Source of the DNA: an uncultured Pseudomonadota bacterium | GTDB taxonomy: Bacteria > Pseudomonadota > Gammaproteobacteria > Steroidobacterales > Steroidobacteraceae | Assembly (NCBI GenBank): GCA_903828595.1 | Contig: CAIKMS010000009.1 | Span: 2,933 to 66,932, forward strand | Reading direction: 5' to 3' | Length of the DNA stretch: 64,000 nucleotides | Shown: piece by piece, positions 41,709 to 52,003 of the stretch | Layout of the letters: each line of letters begins with the position of its first letter | Position numbering within the stretch: the first letter of the stretch is position 1 | The notes under the pieces: generated by a model | Seen by the model: only the letters and a program-made list of their open reading frames with translations | Told to the model about the DNA's origin: nothing | Database searches by the model: none | Made by a program: the position numbers and the translations under genes

Positions 41709-44700
41709 ATGCTGCTAATACGCCGCATCGCAAAGTGGATAGGACTGGTTATCGCCAGCTTATTCGTGCTGTCGGTGATGATTGTAGGTGCCCTGCGTGT
41801 TTGGTTAGAGCACTCGCCGCAGGTGACGGCCAGTATCGTCGCCCGTGTGGAGGCGGTTACCGGTTTATGGTTTGGTTTTGAAAAGCTGGATGCCACGATT
41901 GGCTGGTATGGCCCGGAGTTGGTTTTTACCAAAGCCCGAATATTGGCGGGCCCTAATGGCGCCACGCTGATTACCGCTCAAGCCGGACGCGTGGCTTTTG
42001 ATGTGTGGCGTGCGTTGCGATCCGCTCGCTTAGCGTCCGCAAGAGTCATCCTGGATGGCCCGGTGGTTCACGTAGTTGTCTTGCCGACCGGCCTGGAGTT
42101 GCTGGGTCAGGAGGCCTTACGACGCGGTGAGACGGATTCCACGCCATTACGTATGGATACCCTGCCAGTAGGGCGAGTGCTGCTCAATGACGGCTTGGTT
42201 ATGGTTGAAGATCGTCGGCATGCGCCGCAGCGTTTCAGCATTGAACATGTGCGTCTGGATTTGGACAGACGCTCGGATCAATTAAATCTTGCGCTGATGG
42301 TGAAGTTGCCGCCGTCGATGGGTACGCGTATTCAGGTGAAGGGCGAACTGCGCGGATCCGGCGATGCTGACTCACCTTTATCGTGGTCTTTTACGGTAAA
42401 CGGCACTAGCCTGAAATTTTCGGGGCTATCCGCGCTACTTAAGGATGTAGCGCGACTGCCACTGGCTGGCGGTGGTGATGTTCATTGGGAGGCATCAGGC
42501 GCCGGACTTTTGTGCAACCAATCCACGGTACGGTTAAAACTTAACGACTTACGCTTGCCGGCCGTGGTGGACGGTGAGGCTCCTGTCCCGGCGATGCTGA
42601 ACGCGACGCTGACTCTAGACAGACCGGGTCTGCGACCCGAGCAGGCAACGCGAGCTGAGGGTTCGTGGCATCTGAATGCACACGTGAATATGAGCGCCGG
42701 GGTCAGTCGTTGGCCCGATGGGCAGATAGACGCGCGATGGGTTATCGATGCACAAGGGCTGGCATCAGTGAAACTGCAATCAGCGCAGCTGCCCTTAGAC
42801 GCGCTGGCGCCTTTCAGTGCGCTGATGCCGCAAGACACGCTTCGTCAGATGGGCCACGATCTTGCACCTCGCGGTAGGCTTCAAGGCCTGGATCTAACGT
42901 TGAGCCGATCCGTAGCATCCGCAGACGCGCCGCGCTGGGCACTCACCGGAGGGGTGCGGTTAAAGTCGGTAGAGATAGGCGCGTATCGTGCCATCCCAGG
43001 CATAGGACCGCTGGATGCGACGTTGACCGCTCAGGGTGATCACGGCGTGATGAAGGTGAACGCGGGCCCATTCAGTATTAATGTGGCGCAGTGGTTGCGA
43101 GCGCCGGTATCGGCCCAGTCCCTGGCGGCCACCGTTCGTTGGCTGCAAAGTGCCGATGGACTGCATTTGGCGAGCGACGACGCACGAGTGGTAGCAGACG
43201 CGAGCCGCGGCGGCGGCTTGTTTCGCTTATGGATCCCCAACCAAGCAGAGCCACCGCATCTGCTTTTGGATTTGAACCTGCAGGATGTGGATCTGCATCA
43301 GTTCCCTCAATATCTGCCGGGCCTGCGGCTCTCGCCTGATGTGAATCGCTGGATTGATGCTGCTTTTATCGCGGGCCGCTTACCACAGGCGCGCCTGCAA
43401 TATATCGGACCCACCGAGGGATTCCCTTTCCGAAGTCATCAGGGGATGTTTCTCGTACAGGCGCCATTTTCGGGCCTGCATATGCACTATTCCGATGGGT
43501 GGACCGATCTGGAAGATGCCTCGGGTCACGTCGAGTATCGTAATGAGGGCATGTATGTACGCTTAGACTCGGCGCGATTAGGTGGTTTGCAGGTGGGTCC
43601 AAGTTCGGCATCGATTGCCGATTTTCGTGATAGCGAGGTGCAACTTAAAAGCAGTGTGGCCGGTGATCTGCATCGTATGCTGCACGTGGTTCAGAGTTCT
43701 CCGGTGGGAAAGTCACTGGGCTCTTTTTTCGCACAGTTAGACGGACACGGGCCGACCCGCAGCGAGCTTGCTGCTGACCTGCCCCTGCGACATTTTGGTG
43801 ATCGGCGTATCAGCGTTGATACTCATTTTGATCACAACACGTTGCAAGTCCCTGGCGTAGAGGAAGAGGTTACCGGCCTAGAGGGTCACCTGCGCGTGAA
43901 TAATCGCGACATCAATATCCCGCAACTCAACGGCACGTTGTGGGGTGGCCCGGTCAGTGTGCATGCCAATACGGAGATTCCACGCGGCTTGGGAGTGGGT
44001 GTACACCGAACCACCTTTGAGGTCTCTGGTCGTGCGCAGGGTGTGAACTTGCAGCCACAATTTGGCATCACCCAGGGCGAGTTTTTGGCAGGCAGCACCG
44101 ACTGGCGCGTGACGGCTCATATGCCTCGCTTAGAATGGCAGCGGGTGGTTGCGCCTACACCGGCAGAACCTTCTCTTTGGGCTGTCATGCAGGCCCGTGC
44201 AGGGACTCCGCTACGACCGAATCCGGATGACCCGCCGCCGTTGGTGAAGCACGAGTGGGAATCTAAAGCGCTGCCGGTGGACGTGCATTTGGAGTCGCCG
44301 CTAAGCGGACTGCAGATACAGTTTCCCGCGCCTTTAAAAAAAGTCGCAGCGGATACGCGTTGGCTGAAGCTGGATCTGAGTTTTGATCCTGGCAGTGATC
44401 CCAAGGATGAATTACCACCTCAATCGCTGGCTGCCAATCTCATCTCCGATCGAATGCGCATGATGGTGCGAGCGACACTGGGTGCAGACAGCTTTATCGG
44501 TGAGTGGTTGCCCGGTGCAGATTCCGATCCGGATCCGGATCAGCCGGATAGCTCCGGTGCAGCCTTGCAGTTAGCTCGGGCGCAGGTGCGTTTTGGCAGT
44601 CCGGAGGCACGCTTGCCGGCCAGTGATGGTGTCTGGTTGGATGGGCATCTACCGTTGTTTGACCTGTCGGCCTGGATGGCGGTGCAGACCTCCGATAAGC

Positions 44701-45908
44701 CAGGGCGACCGATGAATACGTGGCTTAAAGGCGGCACGCTGGTCATAGACCAGTTTAGTTTCCTCGGATTTAACTTCAAAGATTTACGCGGCAGTCTTGC
44801 AGCCGGGCCGCAGGGCTGGCTGGTTAAAGCCAATGGCCCGGATGCACAGGGAACGGTGTCCGTTCCTTATGCCATGACGGGTCCGTTACCGTTGACGCTG
44901 GACATGGATCATCTGGTGCTCAATGACCATCAGTTGAGTGCGGCTTCCGGGCCTGCTTCATCGCGCGTCCCGCCCAGCGCGCTACCCTCGATGCAAGCGC
45001 ATGTGGCGAATCTTGAGTTCCAAAAGCGCCATCTGGGCGATACGAATGCTTCAGTCATTCGTGTGCCTGGCGGATTGAAGTTAGAAAAGGCCGACTTTAA
45101 AGCACCCAGCTTTACCGCACATGCGGCAGGAACTTGGTTAGGAGAGGGTGAGGCTGAGTTATGTGACGTAGCTGTCACCCTGCATAGCACCGATCTGCGT
45201 GAAACGCTGGTGGCGCTGGCGTTCGAGCCCAGTACGGCGGCAGAAACGTTCGACGTACACGGCCAGTTGCGCTGGCATAACGGTATTGACGACACGATTC
45301 TGGAGCGGCTGTCCGGGCGGCTGCATGTACAGGCCCATCAGGGTCAGATGCTGACCGTGCAGCCCGGTGCGGGTCGCGTGTTTGGTCTGTTGTCGATTGC
45401 CATGCTGCCCCGTCGTTTGGCTCTGGATTTTCACGATCTTACGGATAAGGGATTCGCCTTTGACTCCATTCAAGGCGACTTTGAGTTTCGTGAGGGCAAT
45501 GCGTACACCAACAACATAGCGGTGAAGGGTCCCGCGGCTGATATTGGTCTAGTGGGCCGTACCGGCTTCAAGGCGCAGGACTACGATCAAATTGCGGTAG
45601 TGACCGGCCACTTTAGCGATGGTCTAGCCGCGGCCGGTGCAATAGCGGGCGGTCCTGTGGTGGGTGGCGCCTTGTTTTTGTTTGGCAAAGTCTTTCAGGG
45701 GGCGGTTGAGGGGATCGCTCGCGGCTATTACCGCATTACCGGAACCTGGGAGAAGCCTAAGATTGACAGCATTGGTGCTACGGCCGCCCACGAGGCGCAA
45801 ATGGGCACCGCGGTTCTCGCCGCCCCGGAACCGGCGGATACCCAAACGCCTCCTCCGGTGGTCGCGCCGACGGGCGAGGCCGTTCCCCTAGCCCATCCTT
45901 TGTTCTGA
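41709..45908 (+). CDS. yhdP: YhdP-family (AsmA2-domain) large envelope protein
   Basis: The 1399-aa ORF has an N-terminal TM anchor and a C-terminal ...YYRITGTWEKPKI motif. It follows rng, as in E. coli. Confidence 0.8.
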   Translation: MLLIRRIAKWIGLVIASLFVLSVMIVGALRVWLEHSPQVTASIVARVEAVTGLWFGFEKLDATIGWYGPELVFTKARILAGPNGATLITAQAGRVAFDVWRALRSARLASARVILDGPVVHVVVLPTGLELLGQEALRRGETDSTPLRMDTLPVGRVLLNDGLVMVEDRRHAPQRFSIEHVRLDLDRRSDQLNLALMVKLPPSMGTRIQVKGELRGSGDADSPLSWSFTVNGTSLKFSGLSALLKDVARLPLAGGGDVHWEASGAGLLCNQSTVRLKLNDLRLPAVVDGEAPVPAMLNATLTLDRPGLRPEQATRAEGSWHLNAHVNMSAGVSRWPDGQIDARWVIDAQGLASVKLQSAQLPLDALAPFSALMPQDTLRQMGHDLAPRGRLQGLDLTLSRSVASADAPRWALTGGVRLKSVEIGAYRAIPGIGPLDATLTAQGDHGVMKVNAGPFSINVAQWLRAPVSAQSLAATVRWLQSADGLHLASDDARVVADASRGGGLFRLWIPNQAEPPHLLLDLNLQDVDLHQFPQYLPGLRLSPDVNRWIDAAFIAGRLPQARLQYIGPTEGFPFRSHQGMFLVQAPFSGLHMHYSDGWTDLEDASGHVEYRNEGMYVRLDSARLGGLQVGPSSASIADFRDSEVQLKSSVAGDLHRMLHVVQSSPVGKSLGSFFAQLDGHGPTRSELAADLPLRHFGDRRISVDTHFDHNTLQVPGVEEEVTGLEGHLRVNNRDINIPQLNGTLWGGPVSVHANTEIPRGLGVGVHRTTFEVSGRAQGVNLQPQFGITQGEFLAGSTDWRVTAHMPRLEWQRVVAPTPAEPSLWAVMQARAGTPLRPNPDDPPPLVKHEWESKALPVDVHLESPLSGLQIQFPAPLKKVAADTRWLKLDLSFDPGSDPKDELPPQSLAANLISDRMRMMVRATLGADSFIGEWLPGADSDPDPDQPDSSGAALQLARAQVRFGSPEARLPASDGVWLDGHLPLFDLSAWMAVQTSDKPGRPMNTWLKGGTLVIDQFSFLGFNFKDLRGSLAAGPQGWLVKANGPDAQGTVSVPYAMTGPLPLTLDMDHLVLNDHQLSAASGPASSRVPPSALPSMQAHVANLEFQKRHLGDTNASVIRVPGGLKLEKADFKAPSFTAHAAGTWLGEGEAELCDVAVTLHSTDLRETLVALAFEPSTAAETFDVHGQLRWHNGIDDTILERLSGRLHVQAHQGQMLTVQPGAGRVFGLLSIAMLPRRLALDFHDLTDKGFAFDSIQGDFEFREGNAYTNNIAVKGPAADIGLVGRTGFKAQDYDQIAVVTGHFSDGLAAAGAIAGGPVVGGALFLFGKVFQGAVEGIARGYYRITGTWEKPKIDSIGATAAHEAQMGTAVLAAPEPADTQTPPPVVAPTGEAVPLAHPLF

Positions 45909-45945
45909 CCCGTTTTAGACCCACCATTTTGGATATGCTTGAGCC

Positions 45946-46770
45946 ATGACACGAATAGCCACTTTGCAACTCACCGCTGGCGCGGAAGTTGAACCGAACT
46001 TAAAAATCCTGCGCGAACTATTAAAGCGGGCGGCTGGCAGTGGTGCGTCGGTGGCGTTGCTGCCAGAAAACTTTGCTTTTATGGGCCGCACGGAGGCCGA
46101 CAAGCTCTCCGTCGCCGAGTCCTTAGGCCAGGGCCCTATGCAGGATTTTTTGGCGCGAACCGCTGCTTCTGAAAAGATCATGATTATTGCTGGCACCCTG
46201 CCCTTGAAAGTGCCACAGGCCCCCGAGCGTTCAACCAACACCCTGTTGGTCTATGACGCCAGCGGTGTCCGTGTAGCGCGCTACGACAAGATTCACCTGT
46301 TCGACGTGGATTTACCCGGTCGCGCGGAAGCGTATCGCGAGAGCCGGCACGTGGAGCGTGGCCATAACGTGGTGGTGGTGGATACGCCGGTGGGTCGTGT
46401 CGGATTGTCAGTGTGCTACGACATGCGCTTTCCCGAGTTGTACCGGCAACTGTCACGCTTAGGTGCTGACGTTTTGGTCATGCCGGCAGCCTTTACCGCG
46501 CCAACGGGTCGTGCGCACTGGGAAGTGCTGCTGCGCGCGCGGGCTATTGAAAACATGGCCTACGTGGTCGCCGCTGCACAATCTGGAATTCATGCCAGTG
46601 GTCGTGAGACCTACGGTGACTCATTAATCATTGATTATTGGGGTAGAGTGCTCAAACGGCTGCCTCGCGGCGCGGGTTTTGTGAGCGCCGATATCGATTT
46701 GGCGGCGCTAGCCGCGGCACGGGAAAAATTCCCGGTGTTAACCCATCGGGTGCTCGACGCGCCGCTGTAG
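45946..46770 (+). CDS. Carbon-nitrogen hydrolase family protein
   Basis: The 274-aa ORF contains LPENF (Glu), KIHLFD (Lys) and VCYDMRFPE (Cys), the catalytic triad motifs. Confidence 0.85.
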   Translation: MTRIATLQLTAGAEVEPNLKILRELLKRAAGSGASVALLPENFAFMGRTEADKLSVAESLGQGPMQDFLARTAASEKIMIIAGTLPLKVPQAPERSTNTLLVYDASGVRVARYDKIHLFDVDLPGRAEAYRESRHVERGHNVVVVDTPVGRVGLSVCYDMRFPELYRQLSRLGADVLVMPAAFTAPTGRAHWEVLLRARAIENMAYVVAAAQSGIHASGRETYGDSLIIDYWGRVLKRLPRGAGFVSADIDLAALAAAREKFPVLTHRVLDAPL

Positions 46771-46834
46771 CGCTTGGGCAACTCGTACTGAATAAACTCC
46801 CTGATCTTATTAACTTTTAGGCGATACCCCATTC

Positions 46835-48292
46835 ATGAGCGCAGTACTACCTATCGATGATGCCCAAAGCCTGGTGCGACGCATGCTGTTAGAGCCTGCC
46901 GGACTGGACGACGCGGCGTTGCAGCAAGTGCTGGCGACCTTGAATGCCCATGCATTGGATTTCGGTGAGTTGTACTTTCAATGGTCTCGCGATGAGTCGT
47001 GGAGCCTGGAAGACGGCATCGTAAAAGATGCCAGCCATAGCATTGACCGTGGCGTGGGCGTACGCGCCTTAAGCGGGGAGCGGGCAGGCCTGGCCTACTC
47101 CGATGATATCGAGCTGCCCGCCTTGTTGGAGGCCGCACGCGCCGCGCGAGCGGTCGCCCGTCAGGGGGGTAGTGCGATGGCGCAACCTTTTCTTCGCTCC
47201 GCCGGCCGTGCGCTGTATTTGCCGCAAGACCCCATCAGTACCGTCACTGACGCGCAAAAGGTAGCCTTTCTGGAGGGCTTGGATCGCCAAACACGAGCCC
47301 TGGATCCGCGTGTTAAGCAAGTGATGGCAAGCTTAACGGGATCTCACGAGATCATTTTGGTGGTTAATTCTGAAGGCTTATATGCCGCTGATGTGCGTCC
47401 GTTAGTGCGCATGAATGTCAGCGTTATCTTGGAGTCCGGTGAGAAACATGAGCAGGGCTATGCCGGCATGGGTGGCCGTTACACGTTAGAAGAGTTGATG
47501 GCTCATCCGGATGTGGCCGATGTTCCCCGTCAGGCGGTACATGCGGCAACAGTCAATCTGGAGGCCGTGGCTGCACCCGCCGGCACAATGACCGTGGTGC
47601 TAGGAGCCGGCTGGCCGGGTGTCATGCTGCACGAGGCAGTGGGGCACCCTCTGGAGGGCGACTTCAACCGTAAGGGCGTCTCGGCCTTTAGTGGTCGGCA
47701 GGGACAGACTGTGGCCTCGCCGCTGTGTACGGTTGTTGATGACGGTACGCTCGAGCGCCGCCGCGGTTCGTTGAATATTGATGATGAGGGCACACCCACG
47801 CAGTGCACTACTTTGATTGAAAACGGCGTGTTAGTTGGTTTTATGCAAGATCGGCTGAATGCCCGATTGATGGGTATGAAGCCCACCGGCAACGGGCGTC
47901 GCGAGTCGTATGCGCACGCGACGCTGCCGCGCATGACCAACACCTACATGCGACCCGGTCCGCACGACCCGCAGGAAATCATTCGTTCGGTGGACAAAGG
48001 CCTGTACGCGGTTAACTTTGGCGGCGGCCAGGTGGATACCACCAGCGGTAAGTTTGTGTTTTCGGCATCCGAGGCCTATCTGATTGAGAACGGCAAAATC
48101 ACTCGGCCGGTTAAAGGAGCGTCGTTGATTGGCTCAGGCCCGGAAGTGCTGTCGCGAGTGACCATGCTCGGGCACGATCTCAAGCTGGATGCGGGTATAG
48201 GGATCTGCGGCAAAGAAGGCCAGTCTATTCCGGTAGGTGTGGGTCAACCGACCATGAAGGTTGAGGGACTGACCGTGGGCGGCACGGCTTAA
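46835..48292 (+). CDS. tldD: Metalloprotease TldD
   Basis: The 485-aa ORF has the [11 protein letters not shown] zinc motif. Confidence 0.92.
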   Translation: MSAVLPIDDAQSLVRRMLLEPAGLDDAALQQVLATLNAHALDFGELYFQWSRDESWSLEDGIVKDASHSIDRGVGVRALSGERAGLAYSDDIELPALLEAARAARAVARQGGSAMAQPFLRSAGRALYLPQDPISTVTDAQKVAFLEGLDRQTRALDPRVKQVMASLTGSHEIILVVNSEGLYAADVRPLVRMNVSVILESGEKHEQGYAGMGGRYTLEELMAHPDVADVPRQAVHAATVNLEAVAAPAGTMTVVLGAGWPGVMLHEAVGHPLEGDFNRKGVSAFSGRQGQTVASPLCTVVDDGTLERRRGSLNIDDEGTPTQCTTLIENGVLVGFMQDRLNARLMGMKPTGNGRRESYAHATLPRMTNTYMRPGPHDPQEIIRSVDKGLYAVNFGGGQVDTTSGKFVFSASEAYLIENGKITRPVKGASLIGSGPEVLSRVTMLGHDLKLDAGIGICGKEGQSIPVGVGQPTMKVEGLTVGGTA

Positions 48293-48319
48293 GCCTGAAG
48301 CGATGCCAGTAGGGGTGAG

Positions 48320-49633
48320 TTACTCGCCGCTTTGGGCTGCATCATCGTCTAGCGACTCGTCCTGGTCAGGCTCGCTGTCGAGTTTGCCGTCAGAGCCGAT
48401 AATCGCCTTAAGGTTGGTTTGCGTGTTGCAGTCAAAAATATCGGTACTGGCGCCACGCTCATCGATGTAGCGCAAACTGTGCTGGCCTAAGGTCAGCACG
48501 TCGCCGTCACGCAGGGCGCGACGGCGGATCCTTTGATCCTCAAAAAACACGCCGTTAGTGCTGTTGAGATCCTCTAACACCGATTCTTGCGCTGTATTAC
48601 TAATCTGGCAGTGATGGCGGCTCACAAACGGTGAGTCGATCTGCAGATCGTTATCCGCGGTCCGGCCAATAACGAAGCGACCTTGGGTCAGTTCGTACTC
48701 CGCGATCTGGCGACCCTTGCCGCGCAGTTGCAACCTAGCGTAACTACGTGGCTTGTCGCTCGCCACCGGAGAGGCGGCCGTCGCTGCGGCCTCGGCAGGG
48801 CTTGGCACTGGCCTAGGCTTGGCGTACTCGCGCCATTGCAGTTCTTCTACGGCCGTTGCGACGAGGTCGGCATCAATTTGCGTTTGGTCTAAAGCAAAGG
48901 CTGACAGTAAAGAGGTGTCGCACAGGGTGTTGATCAGTCGCGGCACACCACCGGTATAGCGGTAGACGATATCCAGAGCCTCCTCGCTAAATACCTCGCG
49001 GTGGCTGCAGCCGGCGACTTGTAAACGGTGGCGCACGTAGGCGGACAGGTCCGGCCGTGACAGAGCCGTCAAATGAAAGCGCAGGCGGATACGTTGCGCC
49101 ATCTGCACCATCTCGGGTGCGTTTAACTTGTCATTGAGTTCCGGTTGTCCTGCCAGAATGATGCGCAGAGTTTTGTCCTTGGTAGTTTCAATACCGGATA
49201 ACAACCGGACTTCCTCTAAGACCCGATTCGATAAATTTTGCGCCTCATCGATAACCAAAAGCACCTTGCGACCCGCTGCATACTGCTCAATCAAAAAATT
49301 CGAGATGGTCGCCAACAGCTCGGCTTTTTTCATCTTAAACGGCTCGTAACCAAACTGAGCCAGCAGCGTTTGCAGAAAGGCGGTCGGTGACAGTTGCGTC
49401 TGATTGATCTGCGCCACCACCACATCGCGATCCAGTTCGCGCACGAAGGTCTCAATAAGCGTGGTCTTTCCCGATCCGATTTCGCCGGTGATCACCACGA
49501 TGCCATCGGTAAACCACACGGTCGATTCCATGTAGGTTTTGGCGCGAGCATGGTGCTTAGACAGGTACAAAAACTGCGGATCCGGGCTGAGCCGGAAGGG
49601 CAGTTCGGTTAATCCAAACAGTTCTAGGTACAT
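48320..49633 (-). CDS. ExeA/MshM-type AAA ATPase fused to a C-terminal FHA domain
   Basis: The N-terminus reads FGLTELPF...GEIGSGKTT (Walker A)...LLVIDEAQNL (Walker B)...GGVPRLIN, typical of ExeA/GspA. The C-terminus reads FVIGRTADNDLQIDSPFVSRHHCQI...LNSTNGVF, which carries the FHA G-R, S-x-x-H and N-G motifs. An acidic tail follows. Confidence 0.8.
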   Translation of the reverse strand: MYLELFGLTELPFRLSPDPQFLYLSKHHARAKTYMESTVWFTDGIVVITGEIGSGKTTLIETFVRELDRDVVVAQINQTQLSPTAFLQTLLAQFGYEPFKMKKAELLATISNFLIEQYAAGRKVLLVIDEAQNLSNRVLEEVRLLSGIETTKDKTLRIILAGQPELNDKLNAPEMVQMAQRIRLRFHLTALSRPDLSAYVRHRLQVAGCSHREVFSEEALDIVYRYTGGVPRLINTLCDTSLLSAFALDQTQIDADLVATAVEELQWREYAKPRPVPSPAEAAATAASPVASDKPRSYARLQLRGKGRQIAEYELTQGRFVIGRTADNDLQIDSPFVSRHHCQISNTAQESVLEDLNSTNGVFFEDQRIRRRALRDGDVLTLGQHSLRYIDERGASTDIFDCNTQTNLKAIIGSDGKLDSEPDQDESLDDDAAQSGE

Positions 49634-49690
49634 GACGCGCTAAATTTATCGACTACGGTGACGTTGACTATACGACACGACGTGGCGCGC

Positions 49691-50782
49691 TTACTGATCG
49701 TTGCGTCGCAAAGCCAGTAGCGCTGCTCGTGCCTGATTGCGTCGCGCGGGGGTAGCAAAGACGGCGGTTGCATGCCCTAACTTTCGGCCCGTTCGAGCTG
49801 ATTTTCCATAGTCGTGCAGATGCAGGCCATCCACGGATAAAAGTTTTTTGCGATCCGGCATGCGGCCGATAAAGTTCACCATGACGCTGTGCCCGGTGAC
49901 ATCGGTGCGTCCTAAGGGTAAGCCGGCGACCGCGCGGATATGGTTCTCAAATTGGCTGGTAACTGCACCTTCCAGGGTCCAATGTCCGGAATTATGAACA
50001 CGAGGTGCCATTTCATTGGCAATCAAGTGTCCTTTATGGACGAAGAACTCTACCGCCAGAACGCCCACGTATTTGAGACGTCCCAGCAATCGATGCACGT
50101 GCGCCGCCGCTTCGCTGTGCAAGGCGGGTTTTATATACGGCGCACAACTGACGGCCAGGACACCTTGCTCATGGACGTTTTCCGCCAGCGGATAATCCAC
50201 GATTTCACCGCGACGTCCGCGTACGCAAATCAGGGATACTTCACGCTCGAAGGCAATCATCTGCTCGTAAATCAGCGGCTGCCCCTGCAGTTGCGCATAG
50301 CCACGTTCGACGTCTTTAGCCGTGCGCATAACCGCCTGGCCTTTGCCGTCATAGCCCAGGCGTCGGGTTTTTAAGATGCCCGGTAAGCCTATACGCGCAA
50401 TCGCCTGATCCAGGTCAGCGCGAGTGTCTACCTTCGCAAAGTCCGGTGTTGGGATGCCGAGTTTGCGAAACAGCGTTTTCTCGTGCCAGCGATCCTGGGA
50501 TTGGGCCAGTGCAGTGGCCGGTGGTGCGACGCGAACCCAGGCGCTTAGCGGTTTCACTGAATCGACCGGCACGTTTTCCCAGTCGAAAGTAACCACATCC
50601 ACGCTTTTGGCGAAGTCCGCGAGAGCTTTGCCGTCATCGAAACTGCCAATGACAACCGGTGCAACGTCAGCGGCGCAGGTGCCTGGCGTGGCTTCGTAAA
50701 TGACCGGGGATAAGCCTAAAGGATAGGCCGATAGCGCTAGCATGCGGCCGAGTTGGCCGCCTCCCAAGATGCCGATTTTCAT
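49691..50782 (-). CDS. purK: N5-carboxyaminoimidazole ribonucleotide synthase
   Basis: The 363-aa ORF begins [17 protein letters not shown], has an ATP-grasp fold, and overlaps purE by 4 nt. Confidence 0.92.
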   Translation of the reverse strand: MKIGILGGGQLGRMLALSAYPLGLSPVIYEATPGTCAADVAPVVIGSFDDGKALADFAKSVDVVTFDWENVPVDSVKPLSAWVRVAPPATALAQSQDRWHEKTLFRKLGIPTPDFAKVDTRADLDQAIARIGLPGILKTRRLGYDGKGQAVMRTAKDVERGYAQLQGQPLIYEQMIAFEREVSLICVRGRRGEIVDYPLAENVHEQGVLAVSCAPYIKPALHSEAAAHVHRLLGRLKYVGVLAVEFFVHKGHLIANEMAPRVHNSGHWTLEGAVTSQFENHIRAVAGLPLGRTDVTGHSVMVNFIGRMPDRKKLLSVDGLHLHDYGKSARTGRKLGHATAVFATPARRNQARAALLALRRNDQ

Positions 50783-51279
50783 GGGGCGTGGGTTGTACGC
50801 GGATCGGGGCTGGCTAACACGGCATCGGTCTGTGCGGCACGAAAGGCCTCTAGTCGATTGCCAATATCGGGGTATTTGTTGGCGAGGATCGCTGCAGCCA
50901 AAAGACCCGCGTTCTTTGCGCCAGGAATGCCGATCGCCAGGGTCCCCACCGGAATACCACTGGGCATTTGTACGATCGACAGCAATGAATCCATGCCATT
51001 CAAAGCTTTGGATTGCACCGGCACGCCCAACACCGGCAGACAGGTTTTAGCCGCCGCCATGCCGGGCAGGTGAGCAGCCCCACCGGCACCGCAAATCAGA
51101 ACTTCCAGACCGCGTGCCTTAGCCGTGCCCGCGTAGTCAAACAACAAATCCGGTGTGCGATGCGCGGACACCACCTTGACCTCGTGGGCAACGTGGAGCT
51201 GCTCGAGAATCTCAACCGCGTGGCGCATCGTCTCCCAATCCGAAGACGACCCCATGATGATGCCCACTAATGCGCTCAT
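50779..51279 (-). CDS. purE: N5-CAIR mutase
   Basis: The 166-aa ORF contains [14 protein letters not shown] and SAHRTPD. Confidence 0.93.
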   Translation of the reverse strand: MSALVGIIMGSSSDWETMRHAVEILEQLHVAHEVKVVSAHRTPDLLFDYAGTAKARGLEVLICGAGGAAHLPGMAAAKTCLPVLGVPVQSKALNGMDSLLSIVQMPSGIPVGTLAIGIPGAKNAGLLAAAILANKYPDIGNRLEAFRAAQTDAVLASPDPRTTHAP

Positions 51280-51878
51280 GACGAAAGATTACCATGAGTA
51301 GGCTCAAGCCGGTCGGCTGAGTCGGTCGGGCTAGTCGGGCTGTCGGCGGCCTCAGAGGCCTCAATGACGCTGCGGATAGCCCTGAATAAAGCCCGGGTCG
51401 AAATGCGCGCGTCACCCTGGGATTTTTCACCGTAAACCCGGCCGACCAGGGTTTTGAGTTCCTTCAAATTAGCCTGAGGGTAGCGTGCCACGAACGCATC
51501 CAGAGCAGCGTCACCCTCATTAATCAGGCGATCCCGCCATTGCTCCAGGATATGAAAGCTACGGGCACGCTCAGTCTGGGCACTGGATTTGGCATCCAGA
51601 GCTGCAACGATTGGGGTCACGTCTATATGGCGCATCAGCTTGCCTATGTACTGACGCTGACGAAACAGGGCACCGTGATTGCCCTGAAGGCGCTTGGCCA
51701 GATCAACGGCGTCGCGAAGTTTCTCCGTTAAAGGCAGCAGATCCAGCTCAGAGGCCGGCATGCTGACCAGCGCCACGCCTAAGTCTTGCAGGGCGGAGGC
51801 CTCACGCTTGCGCTGGCTTTTGCTGACCTCGTACTCAAAGCCCTCAGCATCCAGAGTCTCATCGTCCGATCGTGCCAC
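51276..51878 (-). CDS. yjgA: Ribosome-associated protein YjgA (DUF615)
   Basis: The 200-aa ORF contains [16 protein letters not shown] and [11 protein letters not shown]. It is divergent from pmbA, as in E. coli, and overlaps purE by 4 nt. Confidence 0.8.
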   Translation of the reverse strand: MARSDDETLDAEGFEYEVSKSQRKREASALQDLGVALVSMPASELDLLPLTEKLRDAVDLAKRLQGNHGALFRQRQYIGKLMRHIDVTPIVAALDAKSSAQTERARSFHILEQWRDRLINEGDAALDAFVARYPQANLKELKTLVGRVYGEKSQGDARISTRALFRAIRSVIEASEAADSPTSPTDSADRLEPTHGNLSS

Positions 51879-52003
51879 ACTCTTCTCCGCATAAGACTTA
51901 GCCTCCTACTTTACCATTACCCGCCCCAACCGGCGGATGCTGGCTGCGCGCGGGCTGATCCGCGATAGAATGGCCAGGCTTGTTCTTTCATCAAAGGCAT
52001 CCC

